From assembly GCA_048538215.1 (NCBI GenBank), contig JBLYPV010000001.1, positions 254,196-318,195 on the forward strand: a DNA stretch of 64,000 nucleotides, read 5' to 3'. This document shows positions 1 to 8,012 of this stretch, in pieces. The position numbers and the translations under genes are program-made. Numbering within the stretch: position 1 is the first letter of the stretch; every line of letters begins with the position of its first letter. This DNA comes from Patescibacteria group bacterium. Lineage in GTDB: Bacteria; Patescibacteriota; Minisyncoccia; Phycocordibacterales; GCA-2747955. The notes beneath the pieces are model-generated. The model saw nothing but the letters and a program-made list of their open reading frames with translations, was not told where the DNA came from and did no database searches.

Positions 1-143
1 ATCGTACAGATGGCGACAACCTTATCACTCATGTGTACTTATTTGTTTAGAAAGTATTTTTTCATTATCTTTTCATGTGTCACATACTTACCATTATCTA
101 TTTCCTTAAAGTGCAACATAAGTGTACACTTTGGTGCAACTAT

Positions 144-162
144 TTAGGGACCGGGTCCCTAA
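144..162. repeat. REP-like palindrome TTAGGGACC-G-GGTCCCTAA (solo copy)
   Basis: Same palindrome as those around the RAYT gene at 29881, 30106 and 30607. It supplies the TAG stop of ORF 159..554. Confidence 0.85.
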
Positions 163-554
163 GTGGTTTTCTGTTTCTTTTTGAAATCAATCACCGCCTT
201 TTGAGTAATGATTTTGACAATTACATTATTAGTGCTCGGTTGATTGTTGATATCATCCAGCAACATATCTGCCTTTTGGAGATGTACGAATTGCTTGTAA
301 CCATCATGGGTGAAAAATGAGATCAACTGCTCGGTAGTATCCAATAATTCTTCCCTGCCTCCATGGCGCTCGACAAAATCTCCTTGATTGACATACTTGG
401 TGGCAATAGCGGTGCGGAATGATTGATGCTCGGCTTCGTGACCAATCATCTGCTCGACCAGCGCATCCACATCTTCATTGATACTCGCGCGCAACCGAGT
501 AGAAAATTCCACTTCATCCCCTGCTGTAATAATATCTTGATAGCTGTATTTCAT
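159..554 (-). CDS. hypothetical protein
   Basis: 131 aa ORF with ATG start; no recognisable motif. Confidence 0.6.
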   Translation of the reverse strand: MKYSYQDIITAGDEVEFSTRLRASINEDVDALVEQMIGHEAEHQSFRTAIATKYVNQGDFVERHGGREELLDTTEQLISFFTHDGYKQFVHLQKADMLLDDINNQPSTNNVIVKIITQKAVIDFKKKQKTT

Positions 555-607
555 ATTTCACATTATACATATTTACACAAATACAAAACCACCTGAGAAT
601 GGTTATC

Positions 608-636
608 GTAGACCCGATGGGAGGAAGTTCGAACTT
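608..636 (+). repeat. attP-arm-like repeat GTAGACCCGATGGGAGGAAGTTCGAACTT
   Basis: Near-identical to 3139..3167. Resembles the reverse complement of the tRNA-Ala 3' end (GTGGACC...TCGAACTT). Confidence 0.65.
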
Positions 637-688
637 TAATTTTACAAAACATTTGCATATAGATGTTTTGTAAAAAGTATCACCTCTA

Positions 689-716
689 CTAAAAACACCC
701 ATAAGGGTGTTTTTAG
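689..716. terminator. intrinsic terminator hairpin
   Basis: CTAAAAACACCC-ATAA-GGGTGTTTTTAG, downstream of the Ltp gene. Confidence 0.65.
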
Positions 717-754
717 ATTTTTCTTGAGCATAACAATGCTTGTGTATGATTCTA

Positions 755-1450
755 TTATAACCCTACAGCGTTAACTCCATACTCTGCCTGTGCTTGAGTG
801 TAACCCTCGAATTTAAGTTGATCTATTAGACCACCCCTCGAAAAAGCTGATTGGTCTAGATATGTTTCAGCTGATTTTGCAGCTTGCTCATTCCAGTTTG
901 CCCCAGAATTATCTGCTCCGTAAACAGCATCAGCATTTGAGAATTGTTCAAATTCTAGTTGTTCAATCAATCCCTCACGAGAGAAAGCCATATTATCTAG
1001 ATACGCTTTTGCACTTCTGACTGCGTTTCTTTGGCTCACCGTCTCACCTGGTTGAGAATTATTATTTGATTCATTAGCTTGTTGGGTTTCAGATGGTGTA
1101 GTTGACACCTGATTATCCTCTTGCTCATCTACTGTGTTTTCAACTACAGTTTCAGCATCAGATTCTTCTTGAGTATTATTACTCATTTCTGTATCATTTT
1201 CTTGCTCGGGTTGTTCAGATTGTTCTTGCTCGTTAGTGGCAACTTCATTCGTTTGATTAGATTCTTCGTTTTTATCTTCAGACACTGGCATCAGTATAAT
1301 TATCGCTAGTGATGCTATTCCAAAAATTGTTCCCACTCCTTTACGAGTAGCCCAATTGCCCAATAGTTTCGAGAATACGCTTGGCTTGATCAAGCCCACA
1401 ATTAATGCACCTAGTGATAATATGAATAAAAAAGCTAGTAAGTTCGCCAT
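755..1450 (-). CDS. Ltp-family host-cell-surface protein (two Ltp repeats, N-terminal TM helices, acidic linker)
   Basis: Tandem motifs 'AVRSAKAYL..MAFSREGLIEQLEFEQFS..DA.YG' and 'NWNEQAAKSAETYL..SAFSRGGLIDQLKFEGYT..QAEYGV' are typical Ltp (PF07553) repeats. Confidence 0.85.
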   Translation of the reverse strand: MANLLAFLFILSLGALIVGLIKPSVFSKLLGNWATRKGVGTIFGIASLAIIILMPVSEDKNEESNQTNEVATNEQEQSEQPEQENDTEMSNNTQEESDAETVVENTVDEQEDNQVSTTPSETQQANESNNNSQPGETVSQRNAVRSAKAYLDNMAFSREGLIEQLEFEQFSNADAVYGADNSGANWNEQAAKSAETYLDQSAFSRGGLIDQLKFEGYTQAQAEYGVNAVGL

Positions 1451-1481
1451 AATTTTGTTTTATTTATGATTAATAATCTAA

Positions 1482-1564
1482 CTATACAGGTTCGCAACAC
1501 TTTTTTCAAAATTATCTCCCACCTGTACTCGTACTAGTTCAATACCTGCTTGCTCGCAAATACG
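1482..1564 (-). pseudogene. orphan 3' fragment of a DUF2726 gene
   Basis: Translates RICEQAGIELVRVQVGDNFEKKCCEPV*, matching the C-terminus RICEQAGIELIQVLVGN of ORF 2491..3000. Confidence 0.7.
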
Positions 1565-1675
1565 TAGTTTTCTCTATTAGTTTTTGCATAAGTGCAATCT
1601 ATAATTCTTCTGATACACTAAAGTGAGAATAAGATTATATAAGGACACCAAATTTATAAAATTAATATAAAGTTT

Positions 1676-2152
1676 ATGTTTTCAAAAAAAATATCAGAGA
1701 AAGATTGTACCAATCAGATAGCCCAAGCTATAGTGGACATAGTAGACGAATCTGTTGAAGATGAATCACATCCATTATATGAAGTTGTTGACAGAAAGGG
1801 TCAATTACTACTATTACTTCATATGCATTACATGGCATTAAGGGCAACTCAACAAGAATATTTAATATCGGGTTTGTTTTCTCATGTTGTTAATATTGAA
1901 TATCAACCAGACAACAAAGAAAACGCAATTGAGCTGGTAGAAAAAGTGAACGAACAAATCGAAGAGCTATACGAGAACAGTTTTGATGACGACGACAGGC
2001 TCGACTTAGTACTTTTATCTACTAAATTTGCATTAGTACATGTTGATGACGATATAGTTTCACAAATGATTGTTCTCAATTATATAAATGGTGTATGTCC
2101 AGAAATATTTGAATCAATGGGAGAGATAAAAGCAAATGTAGAAATTGTATAG
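1676..2152 (+). CDS. hypothetical acidic protein
   Basis: 158 aa ORF in an AT-rich island. Confidence 0.7.
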   Translation: MFSKKISEKDCTNQIAQAIVDIVDESVEDESHPLYEVVDRKGQLLLLLHMHYMALRATQQEYLISGLFSHVVNIEYQPDNKENAIELVEKVNEQIEELYENSFDDDDRLDLVLLSTKFALVHVDDDIVSQMIVLNYINGVCPEIFESMGEIKANVEIV

Positions 2153-2154
2153 TT

Positions 2155-2313
2155 ATGATTATTAATATACTAGTGGCAATAATAGTTGGAGTTATTCTAG
2201 GAATAACAGGGGCAAAAGGAGGTTGGGTGGTGTTCTTTATGCTTTTTTCGATACTTGTAGTAGGTCCTTTTATTAACTATTTAATAAAACACTGGAATGA
2301 CCCAACTATATAA
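2155..2313 (+). CDS. small hydrophobic membrane protein (52 aa)
   Basis: MIINILVAIIVGVILGITGAKGGWVVFFMLFSILVVGPFINYLIKHWNDPTI*; starts 2 nt after the upstream stop; two TM-like segments. Confidence 0.55.
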   Translation: MIINILVAIIVGVILGITGAKGGWVVFFMLFSILVVGPFINYLIKHWNDPTI

Positions 2314-2322
2314 ATATATATT

Positions 2323-2475
2323 ATGAACGATTTACTTTTCATGCTACTTGGCATGCCGCTATTATTTGCTATTTATTGCTTGGTGCCAGAGAAGTATAGC
2401 GGAACTAGTTGGTTTGCAATTAGTTTTTGGATTTTCGGTTGCATTTTCTCAATAATTATTTTTGGAAGGGTATGA
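2323..2475 (+). CDS. small hydrophobic membrane protein (50 aa)
   Basis: MNDLLFMLLGMPLLFAIYCLVPEKYSGTSWFAISFWIFGCIFSIIIFGRV*. Confidence 0.5.
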   Translation: MNDLLFMLLGMPLLFAIYCLVPEKYSGTSWFAISFWIFGCIFSIIIFGRV

Positions 2476-2490
2476 TTAGCATAATTTGTT

Positions 2491-3000
2491 TTACTTGCAA
2501 TTCAAAACATTACCCACTAGTACTTGTATTAGCTCAATCCCAGCTTGTTCGCAAATACGGTCTTTCTTGTTGTCGGAATCTTTTTGCTTGTCTCCGTTGT
2601 GTGAGTAGCCATCGAGTTCGATAGCTTTCACTACTTCTCCAGAGCTTTTATCTACGAGTACAAAATCAATATGCCGAGATCGAATGGAGTTTCGTTTTAC
2701 TCTTTTGGTCTGCCAATCAAGTGTTGGTTTCACCTGTACAATATCCTCCAGCCTCACTTTTGAGAATAAGTAGTATTTACCCTTATTTTGTTTTTCCAGT
2801 TCAGAAAAAAATATGTATTCTGACTTAGTAAAAAATTTACCACGAGCTTCGTAATAACTGACGAGTTGATCTTTTTGTTTCTGTTCTTTATTTGAATTTT
2901 TATTTACCAAAACAATTGTCGCAAGAATCAAAAGTAAAACTGGCACAACTGTTACAAGTAAAGCCAAGACAATCAAGAAAAAATTAGTGAGTGCTTCCAT
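2491..3000 (-). CDS. DUF2726 domain protein (PD-(D/E)xK-like) with N-terminal TM helix
   Basis: Motifs 'KVRLEDIV', 'HIDFVLVD', 'AIELDGYSH', 'D..KDRICEQAGI'. Confidence 0.85.
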   Translation of the reverse strand: MEALTNFFLIVLALLVTVVPVLLLILATIVLVNKNSNKEQKQKDQLVSYYEARGKFFTKSEYIFFSELEKQNKGKYYLFSKVRLEDIVQVKPTLDWQTKRVKRNSIRSRHIDFVLVDKSSGEVVKAIELDGYSHNGDKQKDSDNKKDRICEQAGIELIQVLVGNVLNCK

Positions 3001-3138
3001 GTATGTATATTATACTAGCATATAACATTTATATTCTTTGTATAGAAATATACATCAGTACAACGTCGGCTTAGACCCGACACGCAATGATTCACTCTAC
3101 CCAAATAAAAAGACAGCCTCTAGTGCCTGTTTTTTGTT

Positions 3139-3167
3139 GTGGACCTTATGGGAGGAAGTTCGAACTT
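3139..3167 (+). repeat. attP-arm-like repeat GTGGACCTTATGGGAGGAAGTTCGAACTT
   Basis: Shares GTGGACC and TCGAACTT with the tRNA-Ala 3' end (4105..4128); preceded by a terminator-like hairpin. Confidence 0.65.
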
Positions 3168-3274
3168 ATCATCTATAAACTATATATGTTTGACATATAA
3201 ATACTTTTATTATAATCTAGCCCATCTAGGAATATCTCCTAGTCAAACGAAATACACAATCAGGAGAACGTGTA

Positions 3275-3499
3275 ATGCCCAGCAAAAACAGATCTTTCCG
3301 CTTCGGTGTGCCCGACGACAAGTTCAAGAAGAGCAACTGGTCGAAGAACAATCCGAAGACCTGCGTCGAGGTCGCTTCCGTCGACGAAGGCGTCGCCGTG
3401 CGTGACAGCAAGGACCCGGACAAGGGTGCTCTTTACTTCACCCACGCTGAATGGTCGGCCTTCACTGCTGGCGTCAAGGACGGCGAGTTCGACTACTAA
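3275..3499 (+). CDS. DUF397 domain protein
   Basis: 'KSNWS...CVEVA....GVAVRDSKDP..G.L.FT..EW.AF..GVK.GEFD' is the DUF397 signature. AGGAG SD upstream, hairpin terminator downstream. Confidence 0.9.
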   Translation: MPSKNRSFRFGVPDDKFKKSNWSKNNPKTCVEVASVDEGVAVRDSKDPDKGALYFTHAEWSAFTAGVKDGEFDY

Positions 3500-3569
3500 C
3501 CTTGGTCGAAGTCGAATCAATCGAGCGGCGGAAACTCTCCGCCGCTCTTTATTTTCTAAATACAATTTT

Positions 3570-4055
3570 ATGCAAAGACATTTATACATCATTCCCGGCC
3601 TTGGAGATACCCCTCATGAGTCATCATACGAAGGTATTGCTTCTAAGGCTCAAAACCTAGGATATACAATTCACCCAATTGAAATTGATTGGAGTAAGCC
3701 TTTGTCTTTGCAAAAATTTTCAGTAGAACAAAACGCTACTATATTTGGTTTTTCTCTTGGGGCATTACTGGCTCATCTTATTGCACAAGAATCTCCAGTA
3801 GAACATATCATTCTTGCTTCGATGACTCCGTTTTATAGCTTTACTGATCCTGAGATTAAACAAGCTCTTGTTGAACTCCTTGGTAAAGATTTTGTCGAAG
3901 ACTTAGAACAAAATCTGCAAGGTACAAATCAGGCAAAGAAAATTACTACAATGTATGGTGATCAAGAAGAGGAAGATGCAGATGTTTTAGTACCAGATAC
4001 TGAGCATGAACTGACAGATAATTATATCGAAAGTATCGTAAAACTTCTCTCGTAA
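3570..4055 (+). CDS. alpha/beta hydrolase fold protein
   Basis: 'IIPGLG' oxyanion region, GFSLG nucleophile elbow, C-terminal 'TEH'. True start taken at ATG 3570. Confidence 0.75.
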   Translation: MQRHLYIIPGLGDTPHESSYEGIASKAQNLGYTIHPIEIDWSKPLSLQKFSVEQNATIFGFSLGALLAHLIAQESPVEHIILASMTPFYSFTDPEIKQALVELLGKDFVEDLEQNLQGTNQAKKITTMYGDQEEEDADVLVPDTEHELTDNYIESIVKLLS

Positions 4056-4105
4056 AACTTTTACTAAAAATTAAAACACTCATCTGAGTGTTTTAATTTT
4101 TGCTG

Positions 4106-4178
4106 TGGACCTGACAAGACTCGAACTTGCCACCTTCCGCGTGCAAGGCGGACGCTCTACCAGATGAGCTACAGGCCC
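4106..4178 (-). tRNA. tRNA-Ala(TGC)
   Basis: Cloverleaf GGGCCTG..CAGGTCC-A, anticodon loop CTTGCAC, TTCGA T-loop. Confidence 0.95.
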
Positions 4179-4274
4179 AAATATTTTAAACACAGCGTAT
4201 GAGCACCTAATCTCCAAATTACTGTGACCAAAATTGGTACAAGCATTATATACATTTCACGAATGGATGCAATC

Positions 4275-5531
4275 CTATTTATTCAAATACTCTTGCACCA
4301 AGTATTGCCTATCTCTCGGATCAATGATTTGCTCAAGTGCTTGTTCCATATGGATAGCATGCCTCGACCCTTTTGCCAAAATATAATCACGATGTTTTAT
4401 TTCCCGCTTGAGATACGCTCCCGCTTCACGAGCAGTATCAAAGCATACAGCTTGGGTATTACTCATCCCCGCTTCCTGCGCAGCCTGACAAGCACGCTTA
4501 CCCTCCTCCCCTACCGTGAGAAAAATATCAACAATCTGCGAAGCTTGCTTACCTACTTGTATGTGAGTTTCTTCCGTATGCTCTCCAAGCTCACTCATAT
4601 CTCCAAAAAGAAATATTCGCCGTGCGGGAGCTTCTACCTGTTTAAACATTTCAAGAGCTGCTTGTACCGCAATTGGTGAAGCATTATATGAATCATCTAT
4701 AATGACGCTACTCCGAGTACCTCGCAATAATCGACTACGCCCTGGAGCTGGGTGATAATGGCGAGAAAAATTATCTACTGCCAATTCTGCATCTAATCCT
4801 AAAATACTCACTACTTCAAGCCCCAAACGATACGAGTTTATAATCGGTCTTGACCATACTCCTGGTATCCTCATAGGGAGCCATTTACCCCGATGATGGA
4901 TTTGAGCCTCGGTGCCGTATGGGGTAAAGCGCAGTTGCCGTACCGATCCTTCATTTGAAGCGATGGCTATAGATCTATCACTAAAAGATCCCAAAACCCG
5001 GGCAAGAATTATATCATCTGATGGATACACAATTACCCCATCTTCTCGAGTATAGAGCGCAAGTGATTTTTTCTCATCATACAATTGTTGCTTAGAATCA
5101 AAATATTCTAAATGTACTGGATAGCGTGCCAAGGCGGTAAAGACGGCAATATGTGGTTTAATCCACCTCGCTTGGGAAGAAATATCCCCAGGTGCTCCCG
5201 CCCCTAATTCTAAGATAAGCACTCGAGGATAAGAAAAGCTTAGTAATTGCCAAAAGGCTCGGATAATAATACCCATCCATACAAGGATGCGCAACTCCTT
5301 ATTTTGTACCTCGATACCTAAGATCGAAAGTGGTGTAGTAAGCTCACTATTTTGAGAACGAATAGTAGCTCGTACACTACGAGAGCTTGCCACAAGTGAA
5401 CGCACAACATCTTTGGTCGTTGTCTTTCCTACCGAGCCAGTAATAGCTACGATTTGGGGGTGATGAATAGCTAGCACTATACGCGCTAGTGTCCGAAAGT
5501 ACCAGGAAAAGATTTTGTATAAAATTTTCAT
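4275..5531 (-). CDS. murF: UDP-N-acetylmuramoyl-tripeptide--D-Ala-D-Ala ligase
   Basis: ITGSVGKTTTK P-loop, IIDDSYNASP, GDMSELG, KGSR. Confidence 0.9.
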   Translation of the reverse strand: MKILYKIFSWYFRTLARIVLAIHHPQIVAITGSVGKTTTKDVVRSLVASSRSVRATIRSQNSELTTPLSILGIEVQNKELRILVWMGIIIRAFWQLLSFSYPRVLILELGAGAPGDISSQARWIKPHIAVFTALARYPVHLEYFDSKQQLYDEKKSLALYTREDGVIVYPSDDIILARVLGSFSDRSIAIASNEGSVRQLRFTPYGTEAQIHHRGKWLPMRIPGVWSRPIINSYRLGLEVVSILGLDAELAVDNFSRHYHPAPGRSRLLRGTRSSVIIDDSYNASPIAVQAALEMFKQVEAPARRIFLFGDMSELGEHTEETHIQVGKQASQIVDIFLTVGEEGKRACQAAQEAGMSNTQAVCFDTAREAGAYLKREIKHRDYILAKGSRHAIHMEQALEQIIDPRDRQYLVQEYLNK

Positions 5532-5534
5532 ACA

Positions 5535-6494
5535 TTATATTTTACGAGCGATAATATGCTCACAAAATTCTTGTAGGGTGATCCCTACTGCCTCGAGCTC
5601 TTGTGGCAAAAGCGAAGTATTTGCCATCCCTGGCAAGGTATTGACCTCAAGTACAAAAATGCCACGGCTAGGATGAATAATAAAATCAGTGCGAGAATAA
5701 TCATCAAGGCCAAGAATTTGATGCACCCGAATCGCTAATGCTTCTAATTCTTGCTTCACCTCATCACTAAATGAGCTCGGACAAATTTCTTCTACCGCTC
5801 CTTCATACTTGGCTTCATAATCAAAAAATTCTTTGCTTGGTACAATCTCTACTGCCGGTAATGCATAATATTCAATATCACGCATACCTTGTACCACTCC
5901 TACAGTGGCTTCGCAATTACCAATATACTCTTCTGCAAGTATATGCCTTGCCCCTATTTCAATCGCTTGCTCTATTGCAGAAAGTGTCTCCTCAAAAGTA
6001 TGGGCGATACTTACTCCCAAAGATGAGCCACCCCTATCTGGCTTGATGACACAGGGTTGTGGTATGTCACGAAAAATATGCTCAGCTATCGATTTAGCCT
6101 TGGAGCCTTTAGTATCATAACGCTTGTAGGTAGGTGTTTTAATGCCGTGCTTTTCAAATAAATCTTTAGTAGCTCCTTTCGAAAAAGCAATTTGCGAGCT
6201 TATGGCATCACTACCATTGTAGGGGACACGATGCTCATCAAGAATTCGTTGTAATGTGCCATCCTCCATATATGTACCGTGCCCAGCTATCCAAGCATAA
6301 TCTGCCCATAAAAGCGCTTGCCCAACCTCTACCTCCTTCCCATCTCGTAGCCATTTCGCCTCGGGGGTAACTTCTATACTCTGTATGTTGTAATCCGCTC
6401 CTTCTAGGGCACGAGTAATAGCATCGTATGATTTCAATGATACTTCTCGCTCTTGATCTACTCCTCCATAAAAAATAATTAGCTGGGGCTTCAT
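5535..6494 (-). CDS. ddl: D-alanine--D-alanine ligase
   Basis: GG...EREVSL.S, HG..MEDG, GGSS.GV, FFDYEAKY, LEVNTLPGM. Confidence 0.95.
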   Translation of the reverse strand: MKPQLIIFYGGVDQEREVSLKSYDAITRALEGADYNIQSIEVTPEAKWLRDGKEVEVGQALLWADYAWIAGHGTYMEDGTLQRILDEHRVPYNGSDAISSQIAFSKGATKDLFEKHGIKTPTYKRYDTKGSKAKSIAEHIFRDIPQPCVIKPDRGGSSLGVSIAHTFEETLSAIEQAIEIGARHILAEEYIGNCEATVGVVQGMRDIEYYALPAVEIVPSKEFFDYEAKYEGAVEEICPSSFSDEVKQELEALAIRVHQILGLDDYSRTDFIIHPSRGIFVLEVNTLPGMANTSLLPQELEAVGITLQEFCEHIIARKI

Positions 6495-6567
6495 AGATAT
6501 ATACTAGCAGTTTGCAAAGGGTAATTCTAGAGTTGACTATTGATAGAAAATATATATACTACCAAGT

Positions 6568-6692
6568 AATGGATTGGCTGAGCGGAGCTCCCTTCCGCTC
6601 AGCCAAGCTGGGGCGCCACACACCCTGTCCCCGCAAGCCAAGTGGCGCCCCAGCATCGATCATTCTCTCGCCTCATTGGGCGAGATTTTTAT
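6568..6692 (+). ncRNA. candidate structured small RNA
   Basis: TTGACT-N16-TATACT promoter (6533..6560), two 13-bp GC-rich hairpins, then a terminator with U-tract. Both flanking genes are on the opposite strand. Confidence 0.55.
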
Positions 6693-7918
6693 TTTTTATC
6701 TTTTTTCTTAGTAAAATATCTAGCTCGTAGCTCTCGATGATATTCCACTGCAAATCGATGTGCTTCACTGTTGGCAAGTAAAATTGCCCTGCGATACGCT
6801 TGTACTAATTCTCGTGACCCAAGAATCTGAGCTACCTTGTGCCGCTCATCTTTTTTACACGCTACCACCTTGATATCTTTGCTTATATCTAGTGAATCAA
6901 TAAAGCGCTCTACTGTGCGCTTTTGTGCCACTGATCCATCAGCTACAATAAGCTTGGGAAGCTCCCACTCGGGATGACCAAAGCGCCTCGTAAGTAATTC
7001 TTGGAGCGCCCGATTATCATCACTTCCCTCAAATGATTTGATACGAAATTTTCGATATTCACTCTTATCAATTTCACCATCATATAGCACCGTCATCACT
7101 CCTACTGCATACTTGCCTTGTAGATGTGCTACATCATAGGCCTCAATACGCATCCCCGTACGTGATATGTGGTGAGTATCGTCGCCAATAAGTGCCACAT
7201 CTCGAATATGATTGAGTGCAAAGACGCGATTCTTGATCTCCTCAGCTTTTTCGAAAGCTTCATCTTTAGCATATTTCATCATTTGCTTTTCCAGCTCACG
7301 CAATATTCGTTGTTTTTTACCTTCAAAAAATAATTTGATGTGATTAATATTTTTTCTATACTCATCTTTATTCATACGAGTACCCGGCGCCAAGCCCATC
7401 TGCTCATAAATATTCGATTGATCATCATAGCCGAATCGTTTGGTGTAGAAAGGAAAAATTTTACGAATAATCTTGAGTGCTTGCTCGAGAGTATGCCGTG
7501 ATGAAAATGGACCAAAAGAATATAGTATTTTTTCTTGCACCTTTCCTTCAAGAATTTCTTTATGGCGTTTAATAATGAGGCGTGGAAAATCTTCTTTGGT
7601 AATAATAAGATAAACAAATGATCGATCAGATTTGCCATCACTATTGTATGGTGGCTGATACTTTTGTATCAAATGTGCTTCAAGAGTACTATCTCGCTCT
7701 ATATATTCAATACGAGTAATTTGAGTGATCATTGTGGCAATAAGTGGCCCTCGCTTTTCTTGCATATCTCCATAAAAATATGAAGACACTCGGGTACGCA
7801 AATTAGTAGCTTTGCCAATATACAATATCTCATTTTTCTCATTCAGAAAAAAATATACTCCACTCGTTTGTGGGAGCATAGCACGATCTTCTGCTTGTAC
7901 ACTCGAGCGTTCTTTCAT
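6689..7918 (-). CDS. uvrC: excinuclease ABC subunit C (short form: GIY-YIG + UVR + RNase H-like)
   Basis: GVY..YIGKATNLRTRVSSYF, RIEAYDVAH, EYRKFRIK, EAHRFA. Confidence 0.88.
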   Translation of the reverse strand: MKERSSVQAEDRAMLPQTSGVYFFLNEKNEILYIGKATNLRTRVSSYFYGDMQEKRGPLIATMITQITRIEYIERDSTLEAHLIQKYQPPYNSDGKSDRSFVYLIITKEDFPRLIIKRHKEILEGKVQEKILYSFGPFSSRHTLEQALKIIRKIFPFYTKRFGYDDQSNIYEQMGLAPGTRMNKDEYRKNINHIKLFFEGKKQRILRELEKQMMKYAKDEAFEKAEEIKNRVFALNHIRDVALIGDDTHHISRTGMRIEAYDVAHLQGKYAVGVMTVLYDGEIDKSEYRKFRIKSFEGSDDNRALQELLTRRFGHPEWELPKLIVADGSVAQKRTVERFIDSLDISKDIKVVACKKDERHKVAQILGSRELVQAYRRAILLANSEAHRFAVEYHRELRARYFTKKKDKK

Positions 7919-8012
7919 ACAAAGCATTATAGCAAATTAAGCTCTTGCTTTAATTTAAATGAAAATACCCCTAGAAAAACTATACATGCGCACGTCCCTA
8001 TTGGCACATAAA

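Noticed and set aside
3306-3569. N-terminal extension of the 249-aa ORF
   Set aside because: It is an alternative frame of the GC-rich DUF397 gene and its terminator; the hydrolase starts at ATG 3570.
6512-6730. 72-aa ORF over the structured intergenic region
   Set aside because: It has a TTG start, spans the promoter and terminator, and is better explained as ncRNA.
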